Positions 32,793 to 42,388 of a stretch of 64,000 bases of DNA are shown one piece after another. The stretch comes from an uncultured Novosphingobium sp. GTDB taxonomy: Bacteria > Pseudomonadota > Alphaproteobacteria > Sphingomonadales > Sphingomonadaceae. Under the pieces are notes generated by a model that saw nothing but the letters and a program-made list of their open reading frames with translations, made no database searches and was not told where the DNA came from. The stretch spans positions 7,967-71,966 of the forward strand of contig CAXTOS010000002.1 in NCBI GenBank assembly GCA_964245935.1, written 5' to 3'. The position numbers and the translations under genes are program-made. The number at the start of each line of letters is the position of its first letter. The stretch's first letter is position 1.

Positions 32793-33689
32793 TCACGAGA
32801 TCGGCGCTGCGAGCCGCCAGGTTTCGCCATCTCGCGTCACCAGTCCGCGGTTTTCGCAATCGATCAGATGCGCCAGCACCGATCGGCCGGCAGCGCCCCA
32901 TAACTCCTGCGCCACGCCCTTGTACATGCGCGGGACCATTTCGGCGATGCTCTGTGGTACGTCGCCCAGCAATGCCAGGATCTGGCGTTCGCGCTGGCGG
33001 CGGTGACCGATCAGGCCGCGCGCGAATTGGCGCGGGTTGTCGATCTGCGGGCCGTGAGCGGGGTAATGGACGCGGTCTGCGCGGTCGTGAATCTTTTGCA
33101 GGCTGTCCATATAGGCGGCCATGTCGCCATCGGGCGGTGCGACCACGGTGGTGGACCAGCCCATGATGTGATCGCCGGTGAACAGCGCGCCGCCTTGCTC
33201 CCCCCCGCTATTGCCCAGCGCATAGCACAGATGGTTCGAGGTGTGGCCCGGGGTGGCGACGGCCGTCAGCGCCCAGTCGGGCCCGGTCAGCTGTTCGCCA
33301 TCGGCCAGCACCCGGTCGGGCGCATAGCCGGGATCGAACGCGGCATCCGCGCGCGGCCCGGCATCGTCGAGCACCAGCGCGGCACAGCCGATGACCGGCG
33401 CCCCGGTGCGCGCGCTCAACGGCGCGGCGGCGGGGGAATGGTCGCGGTGCGTGTGCGTGCACAGGATCGCGGCAACGCGCGCCGGGCCGATCGCGGCGAT
33501 CAACGCCTCCAGATGATCCGGTTCGTCGGGGCCGGGATCGATCACCGCGATGCTGTCACCCGCGCCGACCAGATAGGTCTGCGTGCCGGTGAAGGTGAAG
33601 GGCGAGGGGTTGGCGGCCAGCACGCGGCGCACCAGCGGTTCGAGCTGCTGGGCGGTGCCGGTGGGCCAGGGGCGGGCGGGGAGGTTCAT
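32793..33689 (-). CDS. MBL-fold metallo-hydrolase
   Basis: THTHRDH, TPGHTSNH, FTGDH, PAHG. Confidence 0.92.
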   Translation of the reverse strand: MNLPARPWPTGTAQQLEPLVRRVLAANPSPFTFTGTQTYLVGAGDSIAVIDPGPDEPDHLEALIAAIGPARVAAILCTHTHRDHSPAAAPLSARTGAPVIGCAALVLDDAGPRADAAFDPGYAPDRVLADGEQLTGPDWALTAVATPGHTSNHLCYALGNSGGEQGGALFTGDHIMGWSTTVVAPPDGDMAAYMDSLQKIHDRADRVHYPAHGPQIDNPRQFARGLIGHRRQRERQILALLGDVPQSIAEMVPRMYKGVAQELWGAAGRSVLAHLIDCENRGLVTRDGETWRLAAPIS

Positions 33690-33696
33690 GGTTTCC

Positions 33697-33894
33697 TCAG
33701 GCGATGATGTCGGGGATCAGATAGTCCTCGATCAGGGCGATCTGGTCCTTCAGCTTCAGCTTGCGCTTTTTCAGACGGGCGATCTGCAACTGGTCGATCA
33801 GCGGCGCCGTGCCGAGCGCGTCGATCGCCGCATCGAGATCGCGATGCTCCACGCGCAGCAATTCCAGGCGTTTGCGCATTTCTTCTTCGCTCAC
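33697..33894 (-). CDS. DUF465/YdcH-family protein
   Basis: EHRDLDAAI...RLKKRKLKLKDQI. Confidence 0.88.
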   Translation of the reverse strand: MSEEEMRKRLELLRVEHRDLDAAIDALGTAPLIDQLQIARLKKRKLKLKDQIALIEDYLIPDIIA

Positions 33895-34227
33895 GCCGTC
33901 ATTTCCATTTGCCACTTTTCTGAAACGCCCGAGACGGGGCGGCCACTTCTTCGCACCCATCGGCCGGTTCGTCGGATTTGCAACTAAATCCACTTATCGG
34001 AATAAGCGAAGTATGGTTTGATGACAATCACGCTGGAAGATTGCAGCGGCGAGTCGGTTCGGATTACCGCCGACCTGTCGTGCAGCCCGATAGCGGGGGC
34101 GGGCCAATGCGCGTCCCGACGAACAGGGGTCTTGAACTGGCCTCTTGGCCAGTCTGCCGGCGGCGCGCCACATGGTGTGACGTTTCGCCCAGGCTGGGCA
34201 GGGCCGCACGTCAGAGGAGCGACACCT

Positions 34228-34383
34228 ATGGAAGTTTCGCATATCAATGCTTTGCAAATCAAGCATGCCAGCCTCGAAAAACAGATCCACGATGAATTGA
34301 CCCGACCCTTGCCCGACTTGTCCGCGCTGAAAACGCTGAAACGCCGCAAACTGCGGATCAAGGACGAAATTTCCCACCACTGA
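34228..34383 (+). CDS. DUF465/YdcH-family protein
   Basis: GAGGAG ribosome binding site; KHASLEKQI...RPLPD...LKRRKLRIKDEI. Confidence 0.88.
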   Translation: MEVSHINALQIKHASLEKQIHDELTRPLPDLSALKTLKRRKLRIKDEISHH

Positions 34384-34422
34384 TCGACGACCGATACGAC
34401 GCTGCGGCGATTGGTACTCTTT

Positions 34423-34534
34423 CCTGTCCTTTTCGGAGGAGGGGATCAAGGGTTGGTGGTGCAACGGAGCTGCGCTCGCGAAGCGAATTGTTCGCTTCTA
34501 CCACCCCCAACCCCTCCTCTGAAGAGGAGGGGGC
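34423..34534. repeat. Degenerate REPIN-like pair of the same family as the ileS insert
   Basis: ACCACCCCCAACCCCTCCTCTGAAGAGGAGGGG with a degenerate inverted partner. Confidence 0.75.
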
Positions 34535-34713
34535 TTTAGGTTCCGATCGACGACAGGCGATCCGCGCGCCATCGACAGCCATTGGCATTCGCCCCCTGAG
34601 CGTGGCAGCAAAGCGCAAGTTTCCAAGCGCGGCGCTTTAGGCTAGGTCGTTGCCATGACTAGCGTTTTGACGAAGCTTGCGGCGATGATTGCGCGCGCAA
34701 ACGGCCTGCCGGC

Positions 34714-37002
34714 ATGAGCGGGGGCGTCGCGGCAGCGCGCACCATCCTGACCCGGCTGCACGAGGTCATGGCGTCGCGGTCCAACGCGCAGGCCAAGCTG
34801 AACACCGTGGTGGAGGTGATCGGCGCTTGCCTGAACAGCGAGGTCTGCTCGATCTATCTGCTGCGCGAGGGCATGCTGGAACTGTTTGCCACGCGCGGCC
34901 TGTCGCAGGAGGCGGTGCATGTCACCCGCATGGCGCTGGGCGAAGGGCTGGTCGGCACCATCGGTCGCGGCGTGGAAACGCTCAATCTGGCCGAAGCCGC
35001 GACGCACCCGGATTTTTCCTATCGCCCGGAAACCGGCGAGGACAAATATCACTCGTTTGCCGGCGTGCCGATCGTGCGCCGGGAACGCGGCATCGGCGTG
35101 TTGTGCGTGCAGCATGTCGAGCCGCGCCGCTATGAAGAGGTCGAGATCGAGGCGCTCCAGACCGTCGCGATGGTGCTGGCCGAGATGATTTCCAACGCCG
35201 AGCTGGTCGATGAGGATGCGCAAGGGCTCAGCGCGGCGCAGAGCGGCCCGGTGCAGTTGAAGGGGCTGGCGCTGGTGAAGGGGCTGGCCAGCGGCTATGC
35301 CGTCTACCACCAGCCGCGCATCACCATCGAACAGACCATGGCCGACGATGTCGAGGCCGAGCGCCAGCGCGTCTATCTCGCTTTTGACAGGATGCGAGCC
35401 CAGATCGATCGCATGGCCAGCCAGGCCGAATTCGGCGTCGATGGCGAGCATGAGGAAGTGCTCCAGGTCTACAAGATGTTCGCTTACGATGAAGGCTGGT
35501 CGCGGCGCATCAATGAAGCGATCGAATCGGGGCTGACCGCCGAAGCGGCGATCGAGCGGGTGCAGCAGCGCACCCGCATGCGCATGCGCCAGATCGACGA
35601 TCCGCTGCTCGCCGATCGCATGCATGACCTGGAGGATTTGTCCAACCGGCTGCTGCGCACGGTGTCGGGCCAGATGGGCACCGCCGCCAGCAAGGGCCTG
35701 CGCGGCGATGCGATCCTGATCGCGCGCAATCTGGGTCCGGCGGAACTGCTGGAATATGACAAGCGGCGGCTGAAGGGGGTGATCCTGGAAGAAGGCTCGC
35801 TGACCGCGCATGTCGTGATCGTCGCCCGTGCGATCGGCATTCCGGTGCTGGGGCGGGTGCGCGGTTTGCGCGGGCTGGTGCGCGAAGGCGATCACTTGCT
35901 GCTCGATGGCGATCAGGGCATGGCCAGCGTGCGCCCGGCGGCCCCGATGGTCGAGGCGTTCGAGGCGCGCTTTGCCAAAAGCCGCGAGCGCCAGGCCGCT
36001 TATGCCGCGCTGCGCGAGGTGGAACCGCGCAGCCTGGACGGAACCCGCGTAACGGTGATGATCAATGCCGGCCTGCGCGAGGATATGCCAAATCTCAGTC
36101 TGACCGGCGCCGACGGGGTGGGGTTGTTTCGCACCGAATTCCAGTTTCTGGTGGCCGCCACGCTGCCCTCGCGCGAACGCCAGACGCGGCTCTATCGCGA
36201 GGTTCTGGATGTTGCGGGCAGCCGGCCGGTGGTGTTCCGCACGGTCGATATCGGTGGGGACAAGGTGCTGCCGTATCTGCGCCACGACGATGGCCCGGGC
36301 GAGGAAAACCCGGCGATGGGCTGGCGCGCCCTGCGCGTTGCGCTGGAGCGCGACGGCTTGTTGAAAGTACAGGCGCGTGCCCTGCTGGAAGCGGCGGCGG
36401 GGCGCACGCTGCATGTGATGTTTCCGATGGTCGCCGAGCCCTGGGAGTTCGACGCCGCCAAGGCGGTGTTCGACGGGCAGCTGGCATTCCTGAAGCAGCG
36501 CCAGAAAAAGGTGCCCGAAGCGATTCGCTTCGGCGCGATGCTGGAAGTGCCGGCGCTGGCCGAAATGCTCGATGTGATGCTGCCCAAATTGCAGTTCCTG
36601 TCGATCGGCACCAACGACCTGACCCAGTTTCTGTTCGCCGCCGACCGTTCCAACCCCAAGCTGGCCGAACGCTACGACTGGTTGAGCCCGGCGATTCTGC
36701 GTTTTCTGGGCCGCGTCGCGGGTCAGGTGGCCACGCTGGCCGGCACCACCGGGCATCAGGTCGATCTGGCGGTATGCGGCGAAATGGGCGGTCGGCAATT
36801 GGAGGCGCTGGCCTTGCTGGGGCTGGGTATCCGTCGTTTTTCGATCACCCCGGCCGCCGTCGGCCCGATCAAGGCGATGATCGGCAAGATCGACCTGCCC
36901 CAGATCGAGGCGGCGATGGCCGGCTGGCTGGCCTCGCCGCCGCCCGATATGCGCACCGCATTGACCGACTGGGCCCACGCACGGGCGATAACATTGGACT
37001 GA
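34714..37002 (+). CDS. ptsP: PTS enzyme I-Ntr (GAF domain plus PEP-utilising domains)
   Basis: N-terminal GAF; SLTAHVVI phospho-His; GLFRTEF, EENPAMGWRA, SIGTNDL, CGEM. Confidence 0.96.
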   Translation: MSGGVAAARTILTRLHEVMASRSNAQAKLNTVVEVIGACLNSEVCSIYLLREGMLELFATRGLSQEAVHVTRMALGEGLVGTIGRGVETLNLAEAATHPDFSYRPETGEDKYHSFAGVPIVRRERGIGVLCVQHVEPRRYEEVEIEALQTVAMVLAEMISNAELVDEDAQGLSAAQSGPVQLKGLALVKGLASGYAVYHQPRITIEQTMADDVEAERQRVYLAFDRMRAQIDRMASQAEFGVDGEHEEVLQVYKMFAYDEGWSRRINEAIESGLTAEAAIERVQQRTRMRMRQIDDPLLADRMHDLEDLSNRLLRTVSGQMGTAASKGLRGDAILIARNLGPAELLEYDKRRLKGVILEEGSLTAHVVIVARAIGIPVLGRVRGLRGLVREGDHLLLDGDQGMASVRPAAPMVEAFEARFAKSRERQAAYAALREVEPRSLDGTRVTVMINAGLREDMPNLSLTGADGVGLFRTEFQFLVAATLPSRERQTRLYREVLDVAGSRPVVFRTVDIGGDKVLPYLRHDDGPGEENPAMGWRALRVALERDGLLKVQARALLEAAAGRTLHVMFPMVAEPWEFDAAKAVFDGQLAFLKQRQKKVPEAIRFGAMLEVPALAEMLDVMLPKLQFLSIGTNDLTQFLFAADRSNPKLAERYDWLSPAILRFLGRVAGQVATLAGTTGHQVDLAVCGEMGGRQLEALALLGLGIRRFSITPAAVGPIKAMIGKIDLPQIEAAMAGWLASPPPDMRTALTDWAHARAITLD

Positions 37003-37129
37003 TCGACGGCTGCCCACCGCCCGACGCAGACGCAGACCCTTTCAAAATCCATAAAAAAATTGACTTTCCGTTTACCATGGCGCTGTTTGGAGACGGGGCT
37101 CTTGGTGAAAAAAATATAGCGGGATCGTT

Positions 37130-38005
37130 ATGGCTGCAGACGTGGAAATCGCCGAGCTGCCACTTGAAAGTGCCGGGCAGCAGCTAAAGCGTGCCAGGAT
37201 GGCTGCGGGCAAAACGCTCGCGGAAGTCTCTGCCGCGACTAAAATTCCGGAAAGATCATTGGCAGCGATCGAGGAAGGGCAGTTCTCTTCGCTGCCATCG
37301 CGCATCTATGCCATTGGTTTTTCACGCAGTTACGCGCGGCTGGTCGGGCTGGACGAAGCGGCCATCGCCAGCGAGGTGCGTGCCGAACTGGATGGTGCCG
37401 CGCCGGCTGGCGATATCGTCAGCGCCCCGGTTTTTGCCCCCGGCGATCCGGCGCGCGTGCCCGGTCGGCGTCTGGCGATTATCGCCGGGCTTGGCGCGCT
37501 GGCGGTGTTCGCGGGCGGGTTGGCATTCTGGCATAACGCCGGGAATTCTACCGGATCGCTGCCCTCGATCCTGCCCGCCGATGTGCCGAAGGCGGCGAAC
37601 CGAACCCCTGCTGCCGTGGTACCGGGCGTGGTAACGGGCCAGAAAATCGCCGGCCTGGCGGCGGCATCGCCCGCGCCCCCGCTGCCGGCCGGGGGGACAG
37701 TGTCGGTCAGCGCCTTGTCCGCCGGCATCTGGGTCAAGGTGTACGAGGCATCGGGCAGGAAATTGTTCGAAGGCCAGTTGGCCCAGGGGCAGAGCTTCAC
37801 CGTGCCCGCCAATGCACAGGCGCCGATGATCTGGACCGGCCGCCCCGACGCGCTGGCCATTTCCATCGCGGGCAGGCCGGTGCCCAAGCTGTCCGAAAAA
37901 CAAAAGACGATGAAGAACGTGCCGATCTCCGCCACCGCGCTGTTGGCCCGCAATTCACCGCCGCCCGCCGCGGCGATGCCCGCCGCAGCCCTGCCGCCAG
38001 GTTAG
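37130..38005 (+). CDS. rodZ: RodZ-like HTH/TM/DUF4115 protein
   Basis: N-terminal HTH (LAAIEEG...GFSRSYARLVGLD), a single TM segment and a C-terminal domain. Confidence 0.8.
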   Translation: MAADVEIAELPLESAGQQLKRARMAAGKTLAEVSAATKIPERSLAAIEEGQFSSLPSRIYAIGFSRSYARLVGLDEAAIASEVRAELDGAAPAGDIVSAPVFAPGDPARVPGRRLAIIAGLGALAVFAGGLAFWHNAGNSTGSLPSILPADVPKAANRTPAAVVPGVVTGQKIAGLAAASPAPPLPAGGTVSVSALSAGIWVKVYEASGRKLFEGQLAQGQSFTVPANAQAPMIWTGRPDALAISIAGRPVPKLSEKQKTMKNVPISATALLARNSPPPAAAMPAAALPPG

Positions 38006-38062
38006 ACAGCTTCCACATTTGTGCAATAAACCCGACAGGGACAATTTGACGAGGTCCGGACG

Positions 38063-38986
38063 ATGAACTCAGCCAGACGCAGCACGCGCCCGCGCACCGC
38101 ATGGGCATGTGCGGCAAGCCTGACTGCGATGGCGGTCACCGGCGCGGCGCTGCCCGCCCGCGCCCAGGACGCGGCGGGCGCGCAGCGGCTGGCCTCGCCC
38201 GTGTCAACGGGCATCCCGGCGACTACGCCGATGACCGACCTGCTCACCCGGATGGACGCCCTGGAAGCCCAGCTGGCGCGGCTTACCGCCCAGAACGAGG
38301 AAATGGCCAACCGCCAGCGCCAGCTCGAGACCCGGTTGAACCCGCCCGGCGCCGGCCCGAATCCCGCAGCCGCCGCGCCGGCGGCCACGGCATCCACGGC
38401 CCCGCTGGCCGTCGCGCCCGCGCCGGCTGCTGCTGCTGCGGCAGCACCCGTTGCCAGCTCCGCCACCGCCACCAATTTGTCGGCGATGACCGGCGGCGCT
38501 TCCGGCCGGACCGGTGCGGACCATGCGGCCGGGCCGGCGCGCCCATCGGCCCAGCGCATCGCCGCCGTCGAGGCGGTGATCAAGCCGCAGACCGGGGACG
38601 CCGGCCTGGACGAATACTCCTATGGCTTTCGGCTTTACACCGCCAAATTCTATCCCGAAGCCGCGCAGCAGTTGAAAATCTACATCGATAAATATCCCAG
38701 GGACGCGCACATCGGCTTTGCGCGCAATCTTCTTGGCCGCGTCTATCTGGACGATGGCAAGCCGAACGACGCAGCGCCCTGGTTCCTGACCAATTACAAG
38801 ACCGATCCGCAAGGGCCGCGCGCCGCCGACAGCCTGCTCAATCTGGCCGAAGCGATGCGCCAGCTGGGCTATACCTCGCGGGCCTGTGTCGCCCTGAATG
38901 AATTCGCCGCGACTTACGCCGCCGAAGCCAAGGGCCGCCTGCACCAGGAATACGCCAGGACACGCGGCGATCTGACCTGCAATTGA
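38063..38986 (+). CDS. CpoB/YbgF-like coiled-coil plus TPR protein
   Basis: Signal peptide, coiled coil, TPR (ARNLLGRVY, RAADSLLNLA); located upstream of tilS. Confidence 0.75.
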   Translation: MNSARRSTRPRTAWACAASLTAMAVTGAALPARAQDAAGAQRLASPVSTGIPATTPMTDLLTRMDALEAQLARLTAQNEEMANRQRQLETRLNPPGAGPNPAAAAPAATASTAPLAVAPAPAAAAAAAPVASSATATNLSAMTGGASGRTGADHAAGPARPSAQRIAAVEAVIKPQTGDAGLDEYSYGFRLYTAKFYPEAAQQLKIYIDKYPRDAHIGFARNLLGRVYLDDGKPNDAAPWFLTNYKTDPQGPRAADSLLNLAEAMRQLGYTSRACVALNEFAATYAAEAKGRLHQEYARTRGDLTCN

Positions 38987-38993
38987 GCGCCGG

Positions 38994-39983
38994 TTGAGCG
39001 GGCATGGCGCCGATATCGCCGGCCCGGCGGTGGCGCTGACCGGGCGATTCCAGGCCGATCTCGCCCGCATCTGGCCCCAGGCCGCGCGCGCGCCGACCGC
39101 ACGGTTGGGGCTGGCGGTATCGGGCGGCCCCGACAGCCTGGCGCTGTTGCTGCTGGCGCAGGCGGCCCGGCCCGGCGCCGTCGCCGCGGCCACGGTCGAT
39201 CATGGGCTGCGCGCGGAGGCCGCCGATGAAGCCGCCGGGGTCGCTCGCATCTGTGCGCGCCTGGGCGTGCCTCACGCAACGCTGCGCGTGGTCGTGGCCG
39301 ACGGCAATGTCCAGGCCGAGGCACGGGCTGCGCGTTATGCCGTGCTGGGTGACTGGATGGCGACCCATGCGCTGGATGCGCTGGCCACCGCGCATCACGC
39401 CGACGATCAGGCCGAAACCCTGCTGATGCGGCTCAACCGGGCGGGCGGGGTGGCGGGCCTGGCCGGGGTACGCGAACGGGGCCGCGTGCCCGGCACGGAT
39501 CGCCTGCTGCTGCGCCCATTGCTCGGCTGGCGCCGGGAAGAACTGGGCGCGGTCGTCGCGGCGGCGGGGCTGGCCGCGGCAGACGATCCCGGCAACGCCG
39601 ACGAGCGTTACGATCGGGTGCGGCTGCGCCACGCGTTACAGGAAGCGGACTGGCTGGACATATCTGCGATTGCCGCCAGCGCCGCGCATCTGGCTGATGC
39701 CGATGCCGCGCTGGAGTGGGCCGCGCTGCGCGAATGGCGCGAAGGCGTAACCACCGAAGGGCTGGGCCTGACCTACCGCCCCCGCGCCCCACGCGCGATC
39801 GCGCTGCGCGTGCTGGCACGGATCGTGCGGCAAATGGACGGCGAACAACCGCGCGGCCAGGCGCTGGCGCGGCTGTTCGACAGCCTGGTAGCGCATCAGC
39901 CCGCCTCGATCGGGGGTCTGGTCGCGCGGCCTCTGCCGGACGGATGGAGTTTCATGAAGGCGCCAAAGCGGCGGGGTGTTTGA
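38994..39983 (+). CDS. tilS: tRNA(Ile)-lysidine synthetase
   Basis: AVSGGPDS, VDHGLR, AHHADDQAET, RPLL. Confidence 0.95.
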   Translation: MSGHGADIAGPAVALTGRFQADLARIWPQAARAPTARLGLAVSGGPDSLALLLLAQAARPGAVAAATVDHGLRAEAADEAAGVARICARLGVPHATLRVVVADGNVQAEARAARYAVLGDWMATHALDALATAHHADDQAETLLMRLNRAGGVAGLAGVRERGRVPGTDRLLLRPLLGWRREELGAVVAAAGLAAADDPGNADERYDRVRLRHALQEADWLDISAIAASAAHLADADAALEWAALREWREGVTTEGLGLTYRPRAPRAIALRVLARIVRQMDGEQPRGQALARLFDSLVAHQPASIGGLVARPLPDGWSFMKAPKRRGV

Positions 39984-40013
39984 GCCGCGGGGGCCAGGCC
40001 CTCGCGCGCTCCT

Positions 40014-40715
40014 CTACCGTCTTCCGGCGACCGCGATCGCCTTCCGCGCCGTATCACTCCGCGGCTTTGGCCCGCGCTTTTGCGGAACCAGGGGCAAGCC
40101 GGTGCGGGCTGCCATATCTTCCAGCCATTGACGCGATCCGACCGGGCGACCGATCGTTTCTGCCTTGCGCAATGCCGCGTAGGTAAAGGCCTCATCGAAA
40201 TCCTCGCCGAGAAAGGCACGGAAATCGCCGATCCGCTCCAGCGCAGGCGCGACCTTGACCACGACATCATCCTGTTCGGCAAAATGCGCCCGAACGCTCG
40301 ACCACAGCCAGTCTTCGGCCTGTGCCGCCAGACCAGCCCGCACCGGATTGAGCGCGACATACCGCAGGGCCGCGAGCAGGTGTTGCTCGTCCATCGCCAC
40401 GGAGCTGAAACGCCCTTGCCACAAATGTCCCGTCACCCGCATGCGTGCGTTGACATAGCCGGTGTAATGACGATGCACATAGCCAAAAGCCCGGCCCAAA
40501 GCATCGCTGTCGCGCGGCACGGCAATGACGTGAACATGGTTCGGCATCAGGCAATAGGACCATATCTCCAACCCATATCGGGCAGCCGCCTCAGCCAGCA
40601 GATCAAGATACAGCGCGTAATCGCCATCCTCGAAAAAGGTACGTTCGCGCCGGTTACCCCGCTGTGTCACATGATGCGGGATACCGGGAAGCACAAGGCG
40701 GGGCAAACGGGCCAT
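40014..40715 (-). CDS. HUH/Y1 tyrosine transposase, RAYT-like (TnpA-REP superfamily)
   Basis: HHVTQRGNRR, YCLMPNHVH (HUH), LWQGRF, RYVALNPVRAGL (catalytic Tyr), WLWSS. Confidence 0.92.
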   Translation of the reverse strand: MARLPRLVLPGIPHHVTQRGNRRERTFFEDGDYALYLDLLAEAAARYGLEIWSYCLMPNHVHVIAVPRDSDALGRAFGYVHRHYTGYVNARMRVTGHLWQGRFSSVAMDEQHLLAALRYVALNPVRAGLAAQAEDWLWSSVRAHFAEQDDVVVKVAPALERIGDFRAFLGEDFDEAFTYAALRKAETIGRPVGSRQWLEDMAARTGLPLVPQKRGPKPRSDTARKAIAVAGRR

Positions 40716-40720
40716 GATGC

Positions 40721-40749
40721 CGGTTAGCGATGATTTGTTGCGATGTCAA
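40721..40749 (-). promoter_or_regulatory. Putative sigma70 promoter of the transposase, adjacent to repeat R1
   Basis: TTGACA (40749-40744), 17-nt spacer, TAACCG; predicted start falls near the ATG (leaderless). Confidence 0.5.
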
Positions 40750-40778
40750 TTTGGGGGTTATTTTAGGCGTCACTGTAA

Positions 40779-40952
40779 TTCCTGATCGAAGGGGCAAGCG
40801 ACCGTGCCGCCGCAGCCCGGCTCACCGACCGCGACCTCCTTCGCCAGTTCCACGCCGTCGAACACCTCTCCGACGCCGACAAGCACATCGTCAGCGTCCT
40901 CCTCGACGCCTTCCTTACCCGCAGGCAGATCGAGAGCATGATCAGACCTTAG
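40779..40952 (+). pseudogene. 3' half of an XRE-family regulator, 5'-truncated exactly at repeat R1
   Basis: FLIEGASDRAAAARLTDRDLLRQFHAVEHLSDADKHIVSVLLDAFLTRRQIESMIRP*; no start codon and no HTH. Confidence 0.65.
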
Positions 40953-41213
40953 CCGCGTCCACGCAGCGCAGCAGCGATGAACACAGCCAGGGACGGCAAA
41001 CCCACGCCGAGCCCAATGGCAGAGCCTGTTGCGGCTCCCTATACCCTTACGAACATCGCCAATATAAACTCAGCCACCAGCTTCAGTTTAGGGGTTTTCG
41101 GACGTGTCACCGTAATTCGTGTCACCGTAATTCCGGGATAGGGGGGAACTGCTGCATAAAGGCACCGGCAGGCGGCTATTTAGGGGTTGTTACACGTGTC
41201 ACCGCAATTACAA

Positions 41214-41762
41214 TTAATTCCTAGATTTGAGTTTATAAATTTTTCCGTTCCAGTATAAAGTCTCCTTTGCTTCCGGATTATCGTAATCGGGAGAATATTC
41301 TATCACCGGCATTCCGTTTTGATCTGGGATCACGACCGGACTTGTTCGAGAATTTATAGCGGCAACCCTCTTTAATTTCCCACCTTCGCATCCATATATT
41401 TTAATATTATAAGAGGTGCTTGCCGCCCAAGTTGTTACTAAATGCCTAGATTCGTCTTGAACTTGAAATATTCCTAAAATTCCTGAGCCAGACGGCCAGC
41501 CAGACCCCTGCCCAATTCCCTCCTCATAAGCACCACGGCATGTACATTTACTTAAGCACTCAATATGAATTTCTCTTTTTGAGATTTTAATATGATTAAT
41601 ATCATATTTATTACCAGATATTCCGTAATTAATGATCTCAAATATGTAAGATCCGTCATCGGATTCAAAATTGAATCTATATTCTACTGAATTATTTATA
41701 GTATCCGCCATCGCCGGAGACGGTAAAATAATTAAGATAGCTGCAATAACGATACGCATCAT
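41214..41762 (-). CDS. AT-rich exported hypothetical protein (cassette cargo A)
   Basis: Signal peptide MRIVIAAILIILPSPAMA-D; four Cys; bracketed by inverted repeats R3/R4. Confidence 0.8.
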   Translation of the reverse strand: MMRIVIAAILIILPSPAMADTINNSVEYRFNFESDDGSYIFEIINYGISGNKYDINHIKISKREIHIECLSKCTCRGAYEEGIGQGSGWPSGSGILGIFQVQDESRHLVTTWAASTSYNIKIYGCEGGKLKRVAAINSRTSPVVIPDQNGMPVIEYSPDYDNPEAKETLYWNGKIYKLKSRN

Positions 41763-41959
41763 AACGTTCAACCATTCAAATTGCATCAATGGTGGTGGAG
41801 GATAGACTCCAGCACTGGGAGGGGATTTTTAGGGATTACGGTGACACGTACCATAACCCCTAATTATTCAAAGTTAGAGTGCGCATCCCGAGCAGGGCAA
41901 AATGATCCCCAATTACCACAGCCCCTCTCGATATGTCAATTGAGGGGTTATTTTACGTG

Positions 41960-42388
41960 TCACCGTAATCCACCGTAATCCCGGTTTTTTATCAAGTATA
42001 ATATTTCACATAGTGAGGCAGCTAGCAATAATAAATATATAAACTTGAACCAATATTCAATACCCACGGTATAAAAGATCATATTATGGCCGAACAATCC
42101 TAAAATCAAAAAAACAGCCATGTTTATTAATAATAAATAATTGACGAATCTTACTGACCTGCGCTTCGTAATGGTGCCGCTGGAAATTAAAATTAAAAAT
42201 AATGAAAAAGAAACCAGTACCGTGTCTAGAAATAATAATATATCTGTTACTGAGATTATTCTAACTATAAGTCCACCGCATGGCGGACTGCATTCGCTTA
42301 TCGCGATCACCATCGTAAATTCGAAAAACAAACCAATAATACATAAAATAATGAAAAAATAATGGAAAATCTTCGAAATACGGCTCAT
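41960..42388 (-). CDS. AT-rich four-TM membrane protein (cassette cargo B)
   Basis: GAGG ribosome binding site; four hydrophobic stretches; stop codon lies inside repeat R5; bracketed by R5/R6. Confidence 0.75.
   Translation of the reverse strand: MSRISKIFHYFFIILCIIGLFFEFTMVIAISECSPPCGGLIVRIISVTDILLFLDTVLVSFSLFLILISSGTITKRRSVRFVNYLLLINMAVFLILGLFGHNMIFYTVGIEYWFKFIYLLLLAASLCEILYLIKNRDYGGLR

Noticed and set aside
33697-34383. Divergent pair of DUF465 genes
   Set aside because: A common arrangement in alphaproteobacteria.
40014-40715. Transposase as the cognate RAYT for the hairpin REP families at 29659, 31763, 34423, 47050 and 55179
   Set aside because: None of these REPs flank the gene; its neighbouring repeats have an unrelated sequence.
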